This document shows positions 28,797 to 39,243 of a DNA stretch of 64,000 bases, piece by piece. The stretch is taken from the NCBI GenBank assembly GCA_963675755.2, contig CAXXMD010000002.1, forward strand, positions 1,696,001 to 1,760,000, in the 5' to 3' direction. The DNA is from a bacterium (lineage in GTDB: Bacteria > Zhuqueibacterota > Zhuqueibacteria > Residuimicrobiales > Krinioviventaceae). The notes beneath the pieces are model-generated. The model worked only from the letters and a program-made list of their open reading frames with translations, had not been told where the DNA came from and searched no databases. Position 1 is the first letter of the stretch, and every line of letters begins with the position of its first letter. Position numbers and translations under genes: made by a program.

Positions 28797-30644
28797 TTGA
28801 AATTCAATTTAATCATTACATCTCTGATATTGTTTGTCATATCCCAAACCGGTATATCAAACCCAATGACCGATCCATTGCAGATTTTACAAAAACATTA
28901 CGAGGCTACCGGTGGATTGGAAAAGCATAAACAGGAAAAAACAACTTTTATGGAAGCCAAGCTATCTCTTGCAGGACTGGAAGGCACTGTGAAGCAATGG
29001 AACGAGATTCCCGGAAAAAGCAGACAGGAACTCGATCTTCAAATTTTGAAACAGGTTGAAGGAGATGACGGGAATACAAGTTGGATTGTGGATTCGAATG
29101 GCAAACTAAAAATTAATCGTGATAAAGCCACTTTGGAAAAGCGGGAAATATCACAGGCTATGGAACAAATGGAATTTATGGATCCCAATACTGAAATGTT
29201 TACACTGAAATTTGGAGGTATTGAACCGGTTGGAGGAACCGATTGCTATAAAATCACTATTTCAAATTCAATCAATAAAAATCTCAAAGTACGATACTAT
29301 AGCACAATAGACTTTTACGAGCTCAAATCCTGTGATTTTGAAAACAACTATGAAACCCAAACTCTATATTCAGATTTTAGAACTGTAAATGGATTAATCA
29401 AACCCTTTTTATACAATATCACAGAAGTGAATACTGGGCAAGAACAAAAAATAGAGGTAATGAACTGGGAATCCAATATGGAAATTGATCAATCCTTATT
29501 TCAGATCCCGGATCAAGATGTCAAAGACTTTGAATTCATCAAAGGCAACAGTTCAGAAAACATTCCTTTTAAATATATATACAATCATGTCTTTTTATAT
29601 GTAACCATTGATAATGATGTACAATTATGGGTTCTTGATAACGGCGCGGACGTGACCTGTATCAACCGCCAATACGCGGAAAGAATGGGTTGGGAGATCA
29701 GCGGAAATCTCAAGGGAGAAGGTGTAAACAATACCGTTGAATTTGGATTTTTAGAGATTCCTGAATACAGCATAAAAGGTATTCGATTAAAAAGTCAGAC
29801 AGTAGCAGCATTGGATTTTACGTTTATCGAAAAAGGTTTGGGAATCAAGCTGGCAGGAATTCTGGGCTATGATTTTCTCTCACGATTTGTTACCAAAATT
29901 GATTATGCCAACGAAACCCTATCGTTTTACGATCCCGATGCCTTTGAATATGCCGGAGACGGCAGCCAATTAGACGCACCTCTTTCCGGTAAAATGTTTA
30001 GCTTCCCTGCCACTGTTGATGGTAAATACACTGGCATATGGGGAGTTGATATTGGTTCAGGTTCTCTCTCCTTTCACTATCCCTTTGCCAGCGAGAACAA
30101 TCTGCTTGGTAAGGATGGCGTATTGTATATGGGCGGTGGTGCCGGTGGTGAAATGCAGGAAAAGCGTTCTAAATTTAAAACCCTCTCTTTTGCCGGTTTT
30201 ACCATCGATAATCCCTACATAGATCTGCCAACGGATTCATCAACAGGTGCATATGCCAACGATCGATTAATTGGCGAAATGGGTAATCCCTTATTTAGCA
30301 ACTTTATCTTTTATATGGATTATAAAAACCAGAGATTAATCTTTGAAAAAGGAGAAAATTTCAACAAACCGAAACCGGTTGATAAAAGCGGTATTCAACT
30401 CTATTACAATGATAACGATCAACTCTATATTCATTATCTTTCACCAAACTGTCCTGGTGAAAAAGCAGGATTTAAAAAAGGAGATATACTTCTCACAATT
30501 AATGATATAGGCATAGAGAGTTTTAACAAACTGGAAGCCATTCAAAAATTGTTTAAAAAACAGAGCGGTACAAAATATAAAATTAAAGTTCAGCGGGGGG
30601 ATAAAGAAAAAACGATAAAGCTCGAATTAAAGGATCTGTATTAA
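28797..30644 (+). CDS. secreted aspartyl protease (two retropepsin-like domains) with N-terminal LolA-like region and C-terminal PDZ
   Basis: Signal peptide; LDNGA and VDIGS Asp motifs; GILGYDFL; PDZ (PGEKAGFKKGDILLTIN); TTG start with GAGGAGG SD. Confidence 0.8.
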   Translation: MKFNLIITSLILFVISQTGISNPMTDPLQILQKHYEATGGLEKHKQEKTTFMEAKLSLAGLEGTVKQWNEIPGKSRQELDLQILKQVEGDDGNTSWIVDSNGKLKINRDKATLEKREISQAMEQMEFMDPNTEMFTLKFGGIEPVGGTDCYKITISNSINKNLKVRYYSTIDFYELKSCDFENNYETQTLYSDFRTVNGLIKPFLYNITEVNTGQEQKIEVMNWESNMEIDQSLFQIPDQDVKDFEFIKGNSSENIPFKYIYNHVFLYVTIDNDVQLWVLDNGADVTCINRQYAERMGWEISGNLKGEGVNNTVEFGFLEIPEYSIKGIRLKSQTVAALDFTFIEKGLGIKLAGILGYDFLSRFVTKIDYANETLSFYDPDAFEYAGDGSQLDAPLSGKMFSFPATVDGKYTGIWGVDIGSGSLSFHYPFASENNLLGKDGVLYMGGGAGGEMQEKRSKFKTLSFAGFTIDNPYIDLPTDSSTGAYANDRLIGEMGNPLFSNFIFYMDYKNQRLIFEKGENFNKPKPVDKSGIQLYYNDNDQLYIHYLSPNCPGEKAGFKKGDILLTINDIGIESFNKLEAIQKLFKKQSGTKYKIKVQRGDKEKTIKLELKDLY

Positions 30645-30647
30645 TCC

Positions 30648-30683
30648 AAAAGGCTGCACAATATTTTTTGTGCAGCCTTTTTT
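30648..30683 (+). terminator. rho-independent terminator
   Basis: AAAAGGCTGCACAA / TTGTGCAGCCTTTTTT directly after the stop. Confidence 0.88.
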
Positions 30684-30773
30684 CACATACAAAAAAAAGT
30701 AAAAAAAGCTTTTCCAAATTCAATTAATTGTTGTATAGTATTAAGATAAGGGAAGTCATAATTTGGGGCTTGT

Positions 30774-32336
30774 ATGCAAAAAATCAATCCTGCCAAGGCA
30801 GGAAAACGGAGATCGGCCAACATTAATGAAAACGGTTTGATCTGGGGTCTGGCAATTATAAAGCTGGCAATTATTCTAATTGCGGCTAATCATTATCACT
30901 ATAATCCTAAAGAGCTCTATTATCTGGCTTGCAGTCATAATCCAAGTTGGGGTTACGCAGATGTTCCTCCATTTTCAATCTTGTTATTATGGCTGGTCAG
31001 AAATACCATAGGTACATCTATTATTGCACTGCACATACTTCCCGCCCTAAGCGGAGCACTGACTGTTTTTATGATTGGTCAAATCACCCGTGAACTGGGT
31101 GGTAACCGATTTGCGATTACCCTTGCCTGCACGGCCTATATTCTTACTCCTTTATATTTATCGATTCACAGTTTTTTTTCTCCTGCTGCATTTGATGGTC
31201 TGTTTTATGTATTGGTTTTATATTTCTTTATCAAATCCATTCATACCGAAAATTATCTAAATTGGTTTCTTGTCGGATTTTTTATGGGGCTGGCAGTTTT
31301 GAACGCCTTTAGCAGTATGAGTCTGGTTCTGGGACTGTTTGCAGGTCTTTTTATTCTGAAAAAAAGAGCAGCATTTCGTCATAAAGAAGTATGGTACGCC
31401 GCTTTGCTTGTGATTTGCGCATTATTACCTCATATCACATGGCAGCTTGATCACAACCTGCCAATCAATCACTGGTTCAACAACCATTCTGTCTGGTCTT
31501 CATCAAACAACTCCTTGGCAGGATTTTTCAGCAAACAGTTTATATTCAACAATATATTTGTAATTCCGATATATATAGCAGGTATAATTGCGCCTTTTAA
31601 AAGCAAAGTACTAAAAGAATATTCAATTTTTCAATTTATATTCCTTACTGTTTTTGTACTTCACCTTGTTGCAGGAACGAATGATGGCACATCATTATTC
31701 TCTGCTTATCCCATGCTTTTAATCCCCGGTGCAATATATATGGAAGAAACACTGGTGGAAAATCTGGGCAATTCATTTAAACTGATTATATTACTACCCA
31801 TCATGTTATTTGGTTTGCTGCTGCTCCCCTTTTCCTCACCTGTCCTTCCAATTAATGGGTTAAAAATATACCAGCAAAAAATATCAGAATACATGCCCGT
31901 AATAACCCCATTATATATATCACATCATTCGCTTGAATATGGTGCGCAATTGGATACGGATTTAAAAACAAAAGCGATCCATTCGTTTATAAAAGAACAG
32001 GAACCCGGATATTATAAAAGCATTATAACTGACAACAGTCAATTGGCCGCGGCAATAGAGTTCTATCATGTAAAATACCAGTTACCTCAGGTATTCTCCC
32101 CCCATAGTGTTTATGGATATTGGGGACCGGGAAATGCCGAAACATCCCGATGCCTTTATGTAGATACCAAAGATATACCGGTACAATGGCGGGCGCTGTT
32201 TAATACAATTGTACCGTTGGATACGGTAACAATCAACCCTGATTTTGGTAAAAAAAATCGCATATTCTTTATTGAATGCAGGGATATTAACAAACCAATA
32301 GAAAACGCCTGGCCAGCGTTACTACATACGGATTAA
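30774..32336 (+). CDS. GT-C fold glycosyltransferase family 39/83-like (PMT_2) integral membrane protein
   Basis: ELYYLAC...WGYADVPP motif; many TM helices; LPHITWQ; HSVYGYWGPG. Confidence 0.75.
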   Translation: MQKINPAKAGKRRSANINENGLIWGLAIIKLAIILIAANHYHYNPKELYYLACSHNPSWGYADVPPFSILLLWLVRNTIGTSIIALHILPALSGALTVFMIGQITRELGGNRFAITLACTAYILTPLYLSIHSFFSPAAFDGLFYVLVLYFFIKSIHTENYLNWFLVGFFMGLAVLNAFSSMSLVLGLFAGLFILKKRAAFRHKEVWYAALLVICALLPHITWQLDHNLPINHWFNNHSVWSSSNNSLAGFFSKQFIFNNIFVIPIYIAGIIAPFKSKVLKEYSIFQFIFLTVFVLHLVAGTNDGTSLFSAYPMLLIPGAIYMEETLVENLGNSFKLIILLPIMLFGLLLLPFSSPVLPINGLKIYQQKISEYMPVITPLYISHHSLEYGAQLDTDLKTKAIHSFIKEQEPGYYKSIITDNSQLAAAIEFYHVKYQLPQVFSPHSVYGYWGPGNAETSRCLYVDTKDIPVQWRALFNTIVPLDTVTINPDFGKKNRIFFIECRDINKPIENAWPALLHTD

Positions 32337-32435
32337 TATACAGAATATTACTCCATTTAATAACTTTTATCAATTAATTTATTGATGTTATAACAACCTT
32401 TCAATAGATTAGATATAATTAAAAAGGAGTATATT

Positions 32436-33656
32436 ATGAAATCCAATATTTTTTATATTAATCTATTATTTTTCACTGTCATGTTATTTGCACAAGATGG
32501 AGAAACATTATATCAAGATAAATGCGGTAGATGCCACACATTATACATGCCATTCGAGTATGATACTCAGGAATGGCCAGGAATTGTAAAATCCATGAAA
32601 AATTATGCATCACTGGATGATGAAGAAGTTAAAAGTATTACTGAATTTCTTATTGATGAAAGCACCAGCCAAAAATTAAATACAACAGGACAAATAGATC
32701 CAACTGTAGGCGGCTATTTATATACGGAATATTTTAATTCACAACAAAAAGCATCAAACTTTGACATTCATTATCTTGCTTTATATGTATCTGGTTGGGC
32801 AGCTGAAAATATTTATTATTATGGAGAGCTGGAACTGGAGCATGGTGGTACCGGTGGCAACAATACATTTGTTGAACAGGCTTTTATAGATTATTGGATC
32901 CTCCCCAACAGTGCCATCAAGATAGGAGCGATTCTAACACCCTTTAATAGATTTGACGATTTTCATGGTCCGTTATTAAATGCAACGATTTCAAGACCTC
33001 AAGTTGCACGTGAAATTGGCACCAGTGCCTGGAAAGATGTTGGAATTGATTTACATGGTTTTTTTAATTTGAACAAGAATTTTCAATTTCAATACGACAT
33101 TTATACAATAAATGGTTTGGGAAGCGGTACTAATCTTCGTTCCAGCAGACAGTATAGAGACAATAATGAGAATCTGGCAAAAGGTGGACGCTTAAATTTT
33201 GTGCTCAACAACAACATAGAAATTGGTGGATCACTATACCAGGGTAAATGGGACGATGATGGCAAATATCAGTTAACTATGGCGGGTACTCATGTTATTT
33301 ACAACACCGTTTTTGGAGACATTTACGCCGAATATTCAAAAGCTGAATCTGAAAATCCTGATTCTCTTCAAAATGGGAATATGAATGGATATTTCATTCA
33401 AATCTCAAAACAATTATTAGAAAAGATAAGACCGGTAATACGATATGGTGAACTTGATTATCTGGACACCTCAAACGTACTCGGACGTAGCGCATCAAAA
33501 GGAAATAAAGACCTAAGCGAGTTGGTTTTTGGCATTTCATATTTTCCATCTCACAATACCGTTTTTAAAATTGAATATATAATATTTGATGAAGGCAGCA
33601 GAATACAACAGGTGAATAACAATCAAGTTGGATTTCAAGCAGCAGTAAAATTCTAA
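32436..33656 (+). CDS. monoheme cytochrome c domain fused to an outer-membrane porin (OprO/P-like barrel)
   Basis: Signal peptide; CGRCH heme motif with W-GIVKSM distal Met; barrel motifs GELELEHG, VEQAFIDY, FKIEY; C-terminal Phe. Confidence 0.75.
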   Translation: MKSNIFYINLLFFTVMLFAQDGETLYQDKCGRCHTLYMPFEYDTQEWPGIVKSMKNYASLDDEEVKSITEFLIDESTSQKLNTTGQIDPTVGGYLYTEYFNSQQKASNFDIHYLALYVSGWAAENIYYYGELELEHGGTGGNNTFVEQAFIDYWILPNSAIKIGAILTPFNRFDDFHGPLLNATISRPQVAREIGTSAWKDVGIDLHGFFNLNKNFQFQYDIYTINGLGSGTNLRSSRQYRDNNENLAKGGRLNFVLNNNIEIGGSLYQGKWDDDGKYQLTMAGTHVIYNTVFGDIYAEYSKAESENPDSLQNGNMNGYFIQISKQLLEKIRPVIRYGELDYLDTSNVLGRSASKGNKDLSELVFGISYFPSHNTVFKIEYIIFDEGSRIQQVNNNQVGFQAAVKF

Positions 33657-33715
33657 TTGAATTTATTGCATTTTTCATTTATTTTTCAACAAACGATTGA
33701 ATAAAGAGGAACGCT

Positions 33716-33919
33716 ATGGAATGTAAAAAAAGTAGAAATATGCAAAACTGTAATTGTAGTTATGAACCCTGCTCCCGTAAAGGTGTATGCTGCGATTGTA
33801 TTCAATATCATCTCAGAATGCGTGAACTACCTGCATGTGTTTTTCCGAATGACATTGAAAAAACCTACAACCGTTCGTTTGAGAAATTTGCACAACTGGT
33901 GAATGAAGGAAGAGTCTAA
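33716..33919 (+). CDS. small Cys-rich protein (DUF6485-like)
   Basis: [21 protein letters not shown]...ELPAC pattern; GAGG SD. Confidence 0.7.
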   Translation: MECKKSRNMQNCNCSYEPCSRKGVCCDCIQYHLRMRELPACVFPNDIEKTYNRSFEKFAQLVNEGRV

Positions 33920-33976
33920 AAAGGATTCTTGTCATTTCTTTTAAATTCATAATTTTCACGGATACTTGGAGCCATT

Positions 33977-35026
33977 ATGAAAAAACTTTCCATCCTTTTT
34001 TTATTGCTGGTGTTTTCCTGCAGCTCTCAAAAATTCGATTTTTACTCACAACCCAAAATCGATTCACATGTTCATGTTAGAACCTATGACAAGAGCTTTG
34101 TTGAACAGGCACAAATGGACCATTTTGGATTATTGACCATAAATACGCGTTCATCCAGTAAAACCTATATCGATGAACAGCAGCGTTATGCTATTTTTCA
34201 AAACAAACACTATCCTGTTAACATATCCTGGGCTGCAACATTCAGTATGGAACACTTTGGGGAGCCGGATTGGCAGCAAAATACAATAGCCTATCTGGAT
34301 TCCTGTTTTCAAATGGGTGCCATTGCTGTAAAGGTATGGAAAGACATTGGTATGACTTTTCGAAATCCGGATAGCTCATTCATCATGATTGACGATGAAC
34401 GGTTTGATCCCGTTCTCGATTATATTGCGTCAAAAGGTAAAACTCTGGTTGCACATATTGCAGAACCGCGTAATTGCTGGCTGCCGGTTGATTCCATGAC
34501 AGTGAATAATGACAAAAAATATTTCACCAACAATCCACAGTATCACATGTATTTGCATCCTGATTACCCATCCTATGAAGAAATCATTGCATCGCGTGAT
34601 AATATGCTGGCTAAACATCCCGACTTGAGGGTTGTCGGTTGTCATTTGGGTAGTTTAGAGTGGAGTGTGGATGAACTTGCAAAACGATTGGACAAATATC
34701 CCAACCTTGCAGTAGATCTTTCTGCCCGTATATGCCATCTTCAGGTTCAAGACAGAAATAAAGTACAGAATTTTTTAAAAAAATACAGAACCCGTATTTT
34801 GTATGGTACCGATTTTGGAGTACGGGAAACCAGCGATTTTCATCAAGTAAGAAAAAATATTCATAATCGTTGGCTGGAAGACTGGGACTATTTTACAACA
34901 GCAAAACACCTGACATCAAAAGATGTGCCCAATGAATTTAAAGGTTTAAAATTAAAAGCTGAAATAGTTAAAGATATATACTACAACAATGCAATCAGAT
35001 GGTACCCCGAAATATCAGAATTATAA
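33977..35026 (+). CDS. amidohydrolase family lipoprotein (Amidohydro_2)
   Basis: IDSHVH, VKVWK, AHIAEP, GCHLGS, LYGTD; lipobox FSC. Confidence 0.85.
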   Translation: MKKLSILFLLLVFSCSSQKFDFYSQPKIDSHVHVRTYDKSFVEQAQMDHFGLLTINTRSSSKTYIDEQQRYAIFQNKHYPVNISWAATFSMEHFGEPDWQQNTIAYLDSCFQMGAIAVKVWKDIGMTFRNPDSSFIMIDDERFDPVLDYIASKGKTLVAHIAEPRNCWLPVDSMTVNNDKKYFTNNPQYHMYLHPDYPSYEEIIASRDNMLAKHPDLRVVGCHLGSLEWSVDELAKRLDKYPNLAVDLSARICHLQVQDRNKVQNFLKKYRTRILYGTDFGVRETSDFHQVRKNIHNRWLEDWDYFTTAKHLTSKDVPNEFKGLKLKAEIVKDIYYNNAIRWYPEISEL

Positions 35027-35047
35027 AATAGAATGAAAGGAAATTCC

Positions 35048-35494
35048 ATGGATCCTGTAAGCAACGCCAGTAATACATTTCTGGAAGGCTTTACCTGTTC
35101 TCAGGCAATACTCGCTGCATTTGCTGAACAGGTAGGACTCGATAAAAATGCAGCATTGAAATTAAGCAGTGGTTTTGGTGGCGGCATAGGTCGTACGGGA
35201 CATGTTTGCGGAGCGGTTTCTGGCGCTGTCTGTATACTGGGCATGCAATATGGTTTCACAGATGCAAGTGATGCTGACGCAAAAAACAAAATATATGATA
35301 AAGTTCAGGAATTTCAAAAAAGATTTCAGGCAATACATAATACATTGATTTGTAATGACTTGATTGGACATGACATCAATGACCCACAGGATCGGGCAAA
35401 AGCCATGGAAGAAAACATCTTTAAAACTGTTTGTCCAGATTTTGTTGCATCTGCTGCAAGTATCCTGGTTGAAATGTTGAATGAAGAAAAATAA
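35048..35494 (+). CDS. C_GCAxxG_C_C family putative redox protein
   Basis: FTCSQA, GFGGG, VCGAVSG, LICNDL, VCPDFV; start may be 35033. Confidence 0.88.
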   Translation: MDPVSNASNTFLEGFTCSQAILAAFAEQVGLDKNAALKLSSGFGGGIGRTGHVCGAVSGAVCILGMQYGFTDASDADAKNKIYDKVQEFQKRFQAIHNTLICNDLIGHDINDPQDRAKAMEENIFKTVCPDFVASAASILVEMLNEEK

Positions 35495-36281
35495 ATACAA
35501 CTGGAACGCAGACGACTATGCGAAACACTCCTCGGCCCAGTTGAACTGGGCCCGGGAATTGATACAAAAACTTGCTTTGAATGGAAGCGAGTCGGTTCTG
35601 GATGTTGGCTGTGGCGACGGTAAAATAACTGCAGAGTTGGCAAGAATGCTTCCACATGGTCTTGTACAGGGGATAGATAATTCAAAAGAAATGATCCAAT
35701 TGGCAAAAGAATCGTTTCCCTCTCAAAAATTTTCCAACCTTGATTTTGCTATTATGGACGCCCTGAATATACAATACAACGATCAGTTTGATTTGGTATT
35801 TTCGAATGCAGCACTGCACTGGATTCAAGGGCACCAACCTGTATTAACAGGAATCAGTAACGCGTTAAAACCCGGTGGCAGATATTTGCTGCAAATGGGC
35901 GGTTCTGGTAACGCAGCAGAGATATTAACCGTGGTTAATCAAATTATCAGCAATCCGGAATGGTTACCTTATTTTCAAGAGTTCACATTCCCATATGGAT
36001 TTTACACCCCGGAAGATTATGAAAAATGGATTATCAACACACGCCTCAAACCAGTACGAACCGAACTTTTACCCAAAGATATGGTTTATGACTCTGACGA
36101 AAAACTCAAAGGCTGGTTCAGAACCACCTGGCTGCCTTATATAGAAAAAGTTCCAATGGATTTAAAGGAACAATTCATTGATGAAATTATAAATACTTTT
36201 CTGTTAAACAATCCTCCGGATGCATCAGGAAATATACGGATAAAAATGGTACGTCTCGAAACACAAGGTTTCAAAGTATAA
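35481..36281 (+). CDS. class I SAM-dependent methyltransferase (trans-aconitate methyltransferase-like)
   Basis: WNADDYAKHS, VLDVGCGDG, FDLVFSNAALHW, LKPGG. Confidence 0.88.
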   Translation: MKKNKYNWNADDYAKHSSAQLNWARELIQKLALNGSESVLDVGCGDGKITAELARMLPHGLVQGIDNSKEMIQLAKESFPSQKFSNLDFAIMDALNIQYNDQFDLVFSNAALHWIQGHQPVLTGISNALKPGGRYLLQMGGSGNAAEILTVVNQIISNPEWLPYFQEFTFPYGFYTPEDYEKWIINTRLKPVRTELLPKDMVYDSDEKLKGWFRTTWLPYIEKVPMDLKEQFIDEIINTFLLNNPPDASGNIRIKMVRLETQGFKV

Positions 36282-36326
36282 CCCTGGTCCTTTTCGCGTA
36301 ACAACAAAACCAAACCAGATTACTCC

Positions 36327-36354
36327 TTGACATTGGCCCATATAATCGTATATT
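36327..36354 (+). promoter_or_regulatory. candidate sigma70 promoter for the abl operon
   Basis: TTGACA-N16-TATATT upstream of ablA. Confidence 0.45.
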
Positions 36355-36496
36355 AATATATGTTTTTATATGAATTTTCAAAAAATTTTACCAAAACGGG
36401 TTCTATTCTCTTTTCTTTCTACTTTAATTGATTTTTCCCCTACTCTCATCCTGTTTATATAAATGTGTATATATTAATATATATAAAGGAATACCT

Positions 36497-37822
36497 ATGT
36501 CTATATATAATGAAAAACAACAAAATTTAGCAGAAAAGATTGACTCTGATATTAAAAAATCACAATGGCAAGACTGGCGCTGGCAAATAAAACATTCTAT
36601 TAAAGATATTCAAACATTTCAAAAATTATTGGGTATAAAATTTTCTTCGCATACACAAAAAGCATTAAAGGAAACGCTCGATAAATTCCCTCTTTCCATA
36701 ACTCCTTATTATTTATCATTGATTGATGTAGACGATTATGAAAATGATCCCGTTTTCAAACAATCCTTTCCTTCTCCTTCCGAATTGATCATGAATGCTC
36801 ATGACATGGAAGATCCGCTTGCAGAAGATAAAGACAGTCCGGTTCCACTGGTAACGCATCGCTATCCGGACCGTGTACTGTTTCATATCAGTAATATATG
36901 CTCCATGTATTGCCGTCATTGCACGCGTAAACGCAAAGTAGGCGACGTAGATTCAATTCCCATACGTGATGATATCAAAGCAGGACTGGATTACATACGC
37001 AATACTCCCAAAGTGCGCGATGTATTATTGTCCGGTGGTGATCCTCTTATGCTGGCAGACAATTATCTGGATTGGATTTTAACTGAATTGCATGCCATAC
37101 CCCATGTCGAGGTTGTACGCATTGGTACCAGAATGCCGGTTGTACTGCCGTATCGTATCACTGATAAATTAGTTGATATGTTAAAAAAACACCAACCTTT
37201 ATGGATTAATACACATTTTAACCATCCCCGCGAAGTTACCGCGTCTTCAACTGCTGCGTTGCGTAAACTTGCAGATGCGGGATTCCCCCTTGGCAATCAA
37301 ACAGTATTGCTGGCAGGTGTAAATGACTGTCCCCGTATCATGAAAAGCCTGGTGCACAAATTGGTAAAAAATAGGGTACGCCCCTATTACATGTACCAAT
37401 GTGATCTTTCGGAAGGATTGTCACATTTTCGCACACCTGTTGGCAAGGGTATAGAAATCATAGAAAGCATGATTGGTCATACAAGCGGATTCGCAGTACC
37501 AACCTATGTAATAGACGCACCCGGTGGTGGCGGTAAAATTCCGGTCATGCCCAATTATCTGATATCATGGTCTACCAATAAAGTAATTCTTAGAAATTAT
37601 GAAGGTGTAATTACCACATACGAAGAACCTGATTCATACGAACAAGTATTCTGCGACAGAAATTGTGATAATTGCTCATTACAACTCAAACTCGAAGAGG
37701 CGGATGAGTACAAGTCCATTGGAATTGAAAAGCTCTTGTCATATGATGATGACGCAATTTCTCTGGTACCACAGGACAATGAAAGATTTGAAAGACGAAA
37801 CAACTCGGAAGACGAAGAATGA
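36497..37822 (+). CDS. ablA: lysine 2,3-aminomutase (radical SAM)
   Basis: [41 protein letters not shown] (PLP Lys); ATG 36497 behind AAGGA; linked to ablB. Confidence 0.93.
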   Translation: MSIYNEKQQNLAEKIDSDIKKSQWQDWRWQIKHSIKDIQTFQKLLGIKFSSHTQKALKETLDKFPLSITPYYLSLIDVDDYENDPVFKQSFPSPSELIMNAHDMEDPLAEDKDSPVPLVTHRYPDRVLFHISNICSMYCRHCTRKRKVGDVDSIPIRDDIKAGLDYIRNTPKVRDVLLSGGDPLMLADNYLDWILTELHAIPHVEVVRIGTRMPVVLPYRITDKLVDMLKKHQPLWINTHFNHPREVTASSTAALRKLADAGFPLGNQTVLLAGVNDCPRIMKSLVHKLVKNRVRPYYMYQCDLSEGLSHFRTPVGKGIEIIESMIGHTSGFAVPTYVIDAPGGGGKIPVMPNYLISWSTNKVILRNYEGVITTYEEPDSYEQVFCDRNCDNCSLQLKLEEADEYKSIGIEKLLSYDDDAISLVPQDNERFERRNNSEDEE

Positions 37823-39243
37823 GTCTTGTTGATTACCTGATTTTCATTATATATATGATGTTGGTTTTGGGTGTAGGAATTTATTTCTACTTTAAAAACC
37901 AGACAAAAGAAGATTATTACGTGGGCGGACGCTCCATATCTGCCAGCCATGTTGGCTTGTCTATTGTGGCAACAGATGTTGGCGGTGGATTTTCCATTGG
38001 CTTGGGTGGATTGGGGTACCTGATGGGTTTATCGGGTTCATGGTTACTATTTACCGGTCTGGTGGGTGCATGGATTACTGCGGTTATTATGATTCCCAAA
38101 ATAAAATCCATTGACGAAAAACTGGGTCTTCTCTCATTTCCGGACTTTTTGCAGCATAAATACGATCATCGTGTTGCCCTGGGAGCAGCTATTATTTCAG
38201 GTATCGGTTATCTTGGTTTTACCGGTGGCCAAATACTGGCTGGAGCCAAGCTGGCGGCAAGTACTATTTTCAGTGATTTGCCCTTTTCCATGGAACCATT
38301 GACATTTTCTATTTATATCATGTCCGGAATTATCATTATTTATACAGTTTTAGGTGGCATCAAAGCCGTAATTTATACGGATACTATCCAATGGATTGTG
38401 TTATTATGTGGATTGCTTTTCTTTGCATTGCCGATAACCTATTATGAGGTTGGCGGCTGGCATGAAATGACCCGTCAATTACCAAAAGAATTTATGACAT
38501 TGAGTAACATCTCTCCTATTCAGCTAATTAACTGGATTATAACCATTGTACCTATCTGGTTTATTGGAATGACATTGTATCAACGGATATATGCATGCAG
38601 GACTGTCAAAGAAGCACAAAAAGCATGGTTTATGGCCGGAATATTTGAATATCCGGTAATCGCATTTGTGGGAGTAACATTGGGGATGATGTCCCGAATC
38701 ATGTTCCCCAATATAGAACCGGAAATGGGAATGCCTTTACTCATCAAAAACGCGTTACCCATTGGCATCACAGGAATTGTGATATCAGCATATTTTTCTG
38801 CCATCATGTCTACTGCAGACAGCTGCCTTATTGCCTCTTCAGGAAATTTTGTTTCTGATATTATTCATAAACACCTCCTGAAAACAGCCTCCCATCGATT
38901 TATTATGAGACTTTCTTTGGTAGTAACATTGATATTGGGGATTCTGACAATAATTATAGCCAGTTCTTTTGGTACAGTGTTGGAAATTATATTACATGCG
39001 TATTCATTTATGGTTGCGGGATTATTTGTACCAACACTTGGCGCTCTGTTTTGGGAAAAAAGCCATCCTACAGCAGCACTATGGAGTATTTACACCGGGG
39101 GTACAATAACTTTGATTATTATATTTGCAAAGTTGGAAATGCCCATGGGATTAGACGCAAGTTTTTACGGCATACTGGTTTCCGCTTTGTTCTTTATACT
39201 GTTTTCACTCAAGTATAATAAAACGGAGAATAAACATGTATGA
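37819..39243 (+). CDS. sodium:solute symporter family protein
   Basis: [44 protein letters not shown]; ATGA overlap with ablA. Confidence 0.92.
   Translation: MSLVDYLIFIIYMMLVLGVGIYFYFKNQTKEDYYVGGRSISASHVGLSIVATDVGGGFSIGLGGLGYLMGLSGSWLLFTGLVGAWITAVIMIPKIKSIDEKLGLLSFPDFLQHKYDHRVALGAAIISGIGYLGFTGGQILAGAKLAASTIFSDLPFSMEPLTFSIYIMSGIIIIYTVLGGIKAVIYTDTIQWIVLLCGLLFFALPITYYEVGGWHEMTRQLPKEFMTLSNISPIQLINWIITIVPIWFIGMTLYQRIYACRTVKEAQKAWFMAGIFEYPVIAFVGVTLGMMSRIMFPNIEPEMGMPLLIKNALPIGITGIVISAYFSAIMSTADSCLIASSGNFVSDIIHKHLLKTASHRFIMRLSLVVTLILGILTIIIASSFGTVLEIILHAYSFMVAGLFVPTLGALFWEKSHPTAALWSIYTGGTITLIIIFAKLEMPMGLDASFYGILVSALFFILFSLKYNKTENKHV

Noticed and set aside
32436-33656. Calling the cytochrome-porin Cyc2 and inferring iron oxidation
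   Set aside because: The architecture matches but the heme-region sequence does not resemble Cyc2; function cannot be assigned from sequence.
36497-37822. EF-P beta-lysylation EpmB or lysine fermentation KamA
   Set aside because: No efp/epmA or kamDE/kdd neighbours; linkage to ablB indicates osmolyte synthesis.
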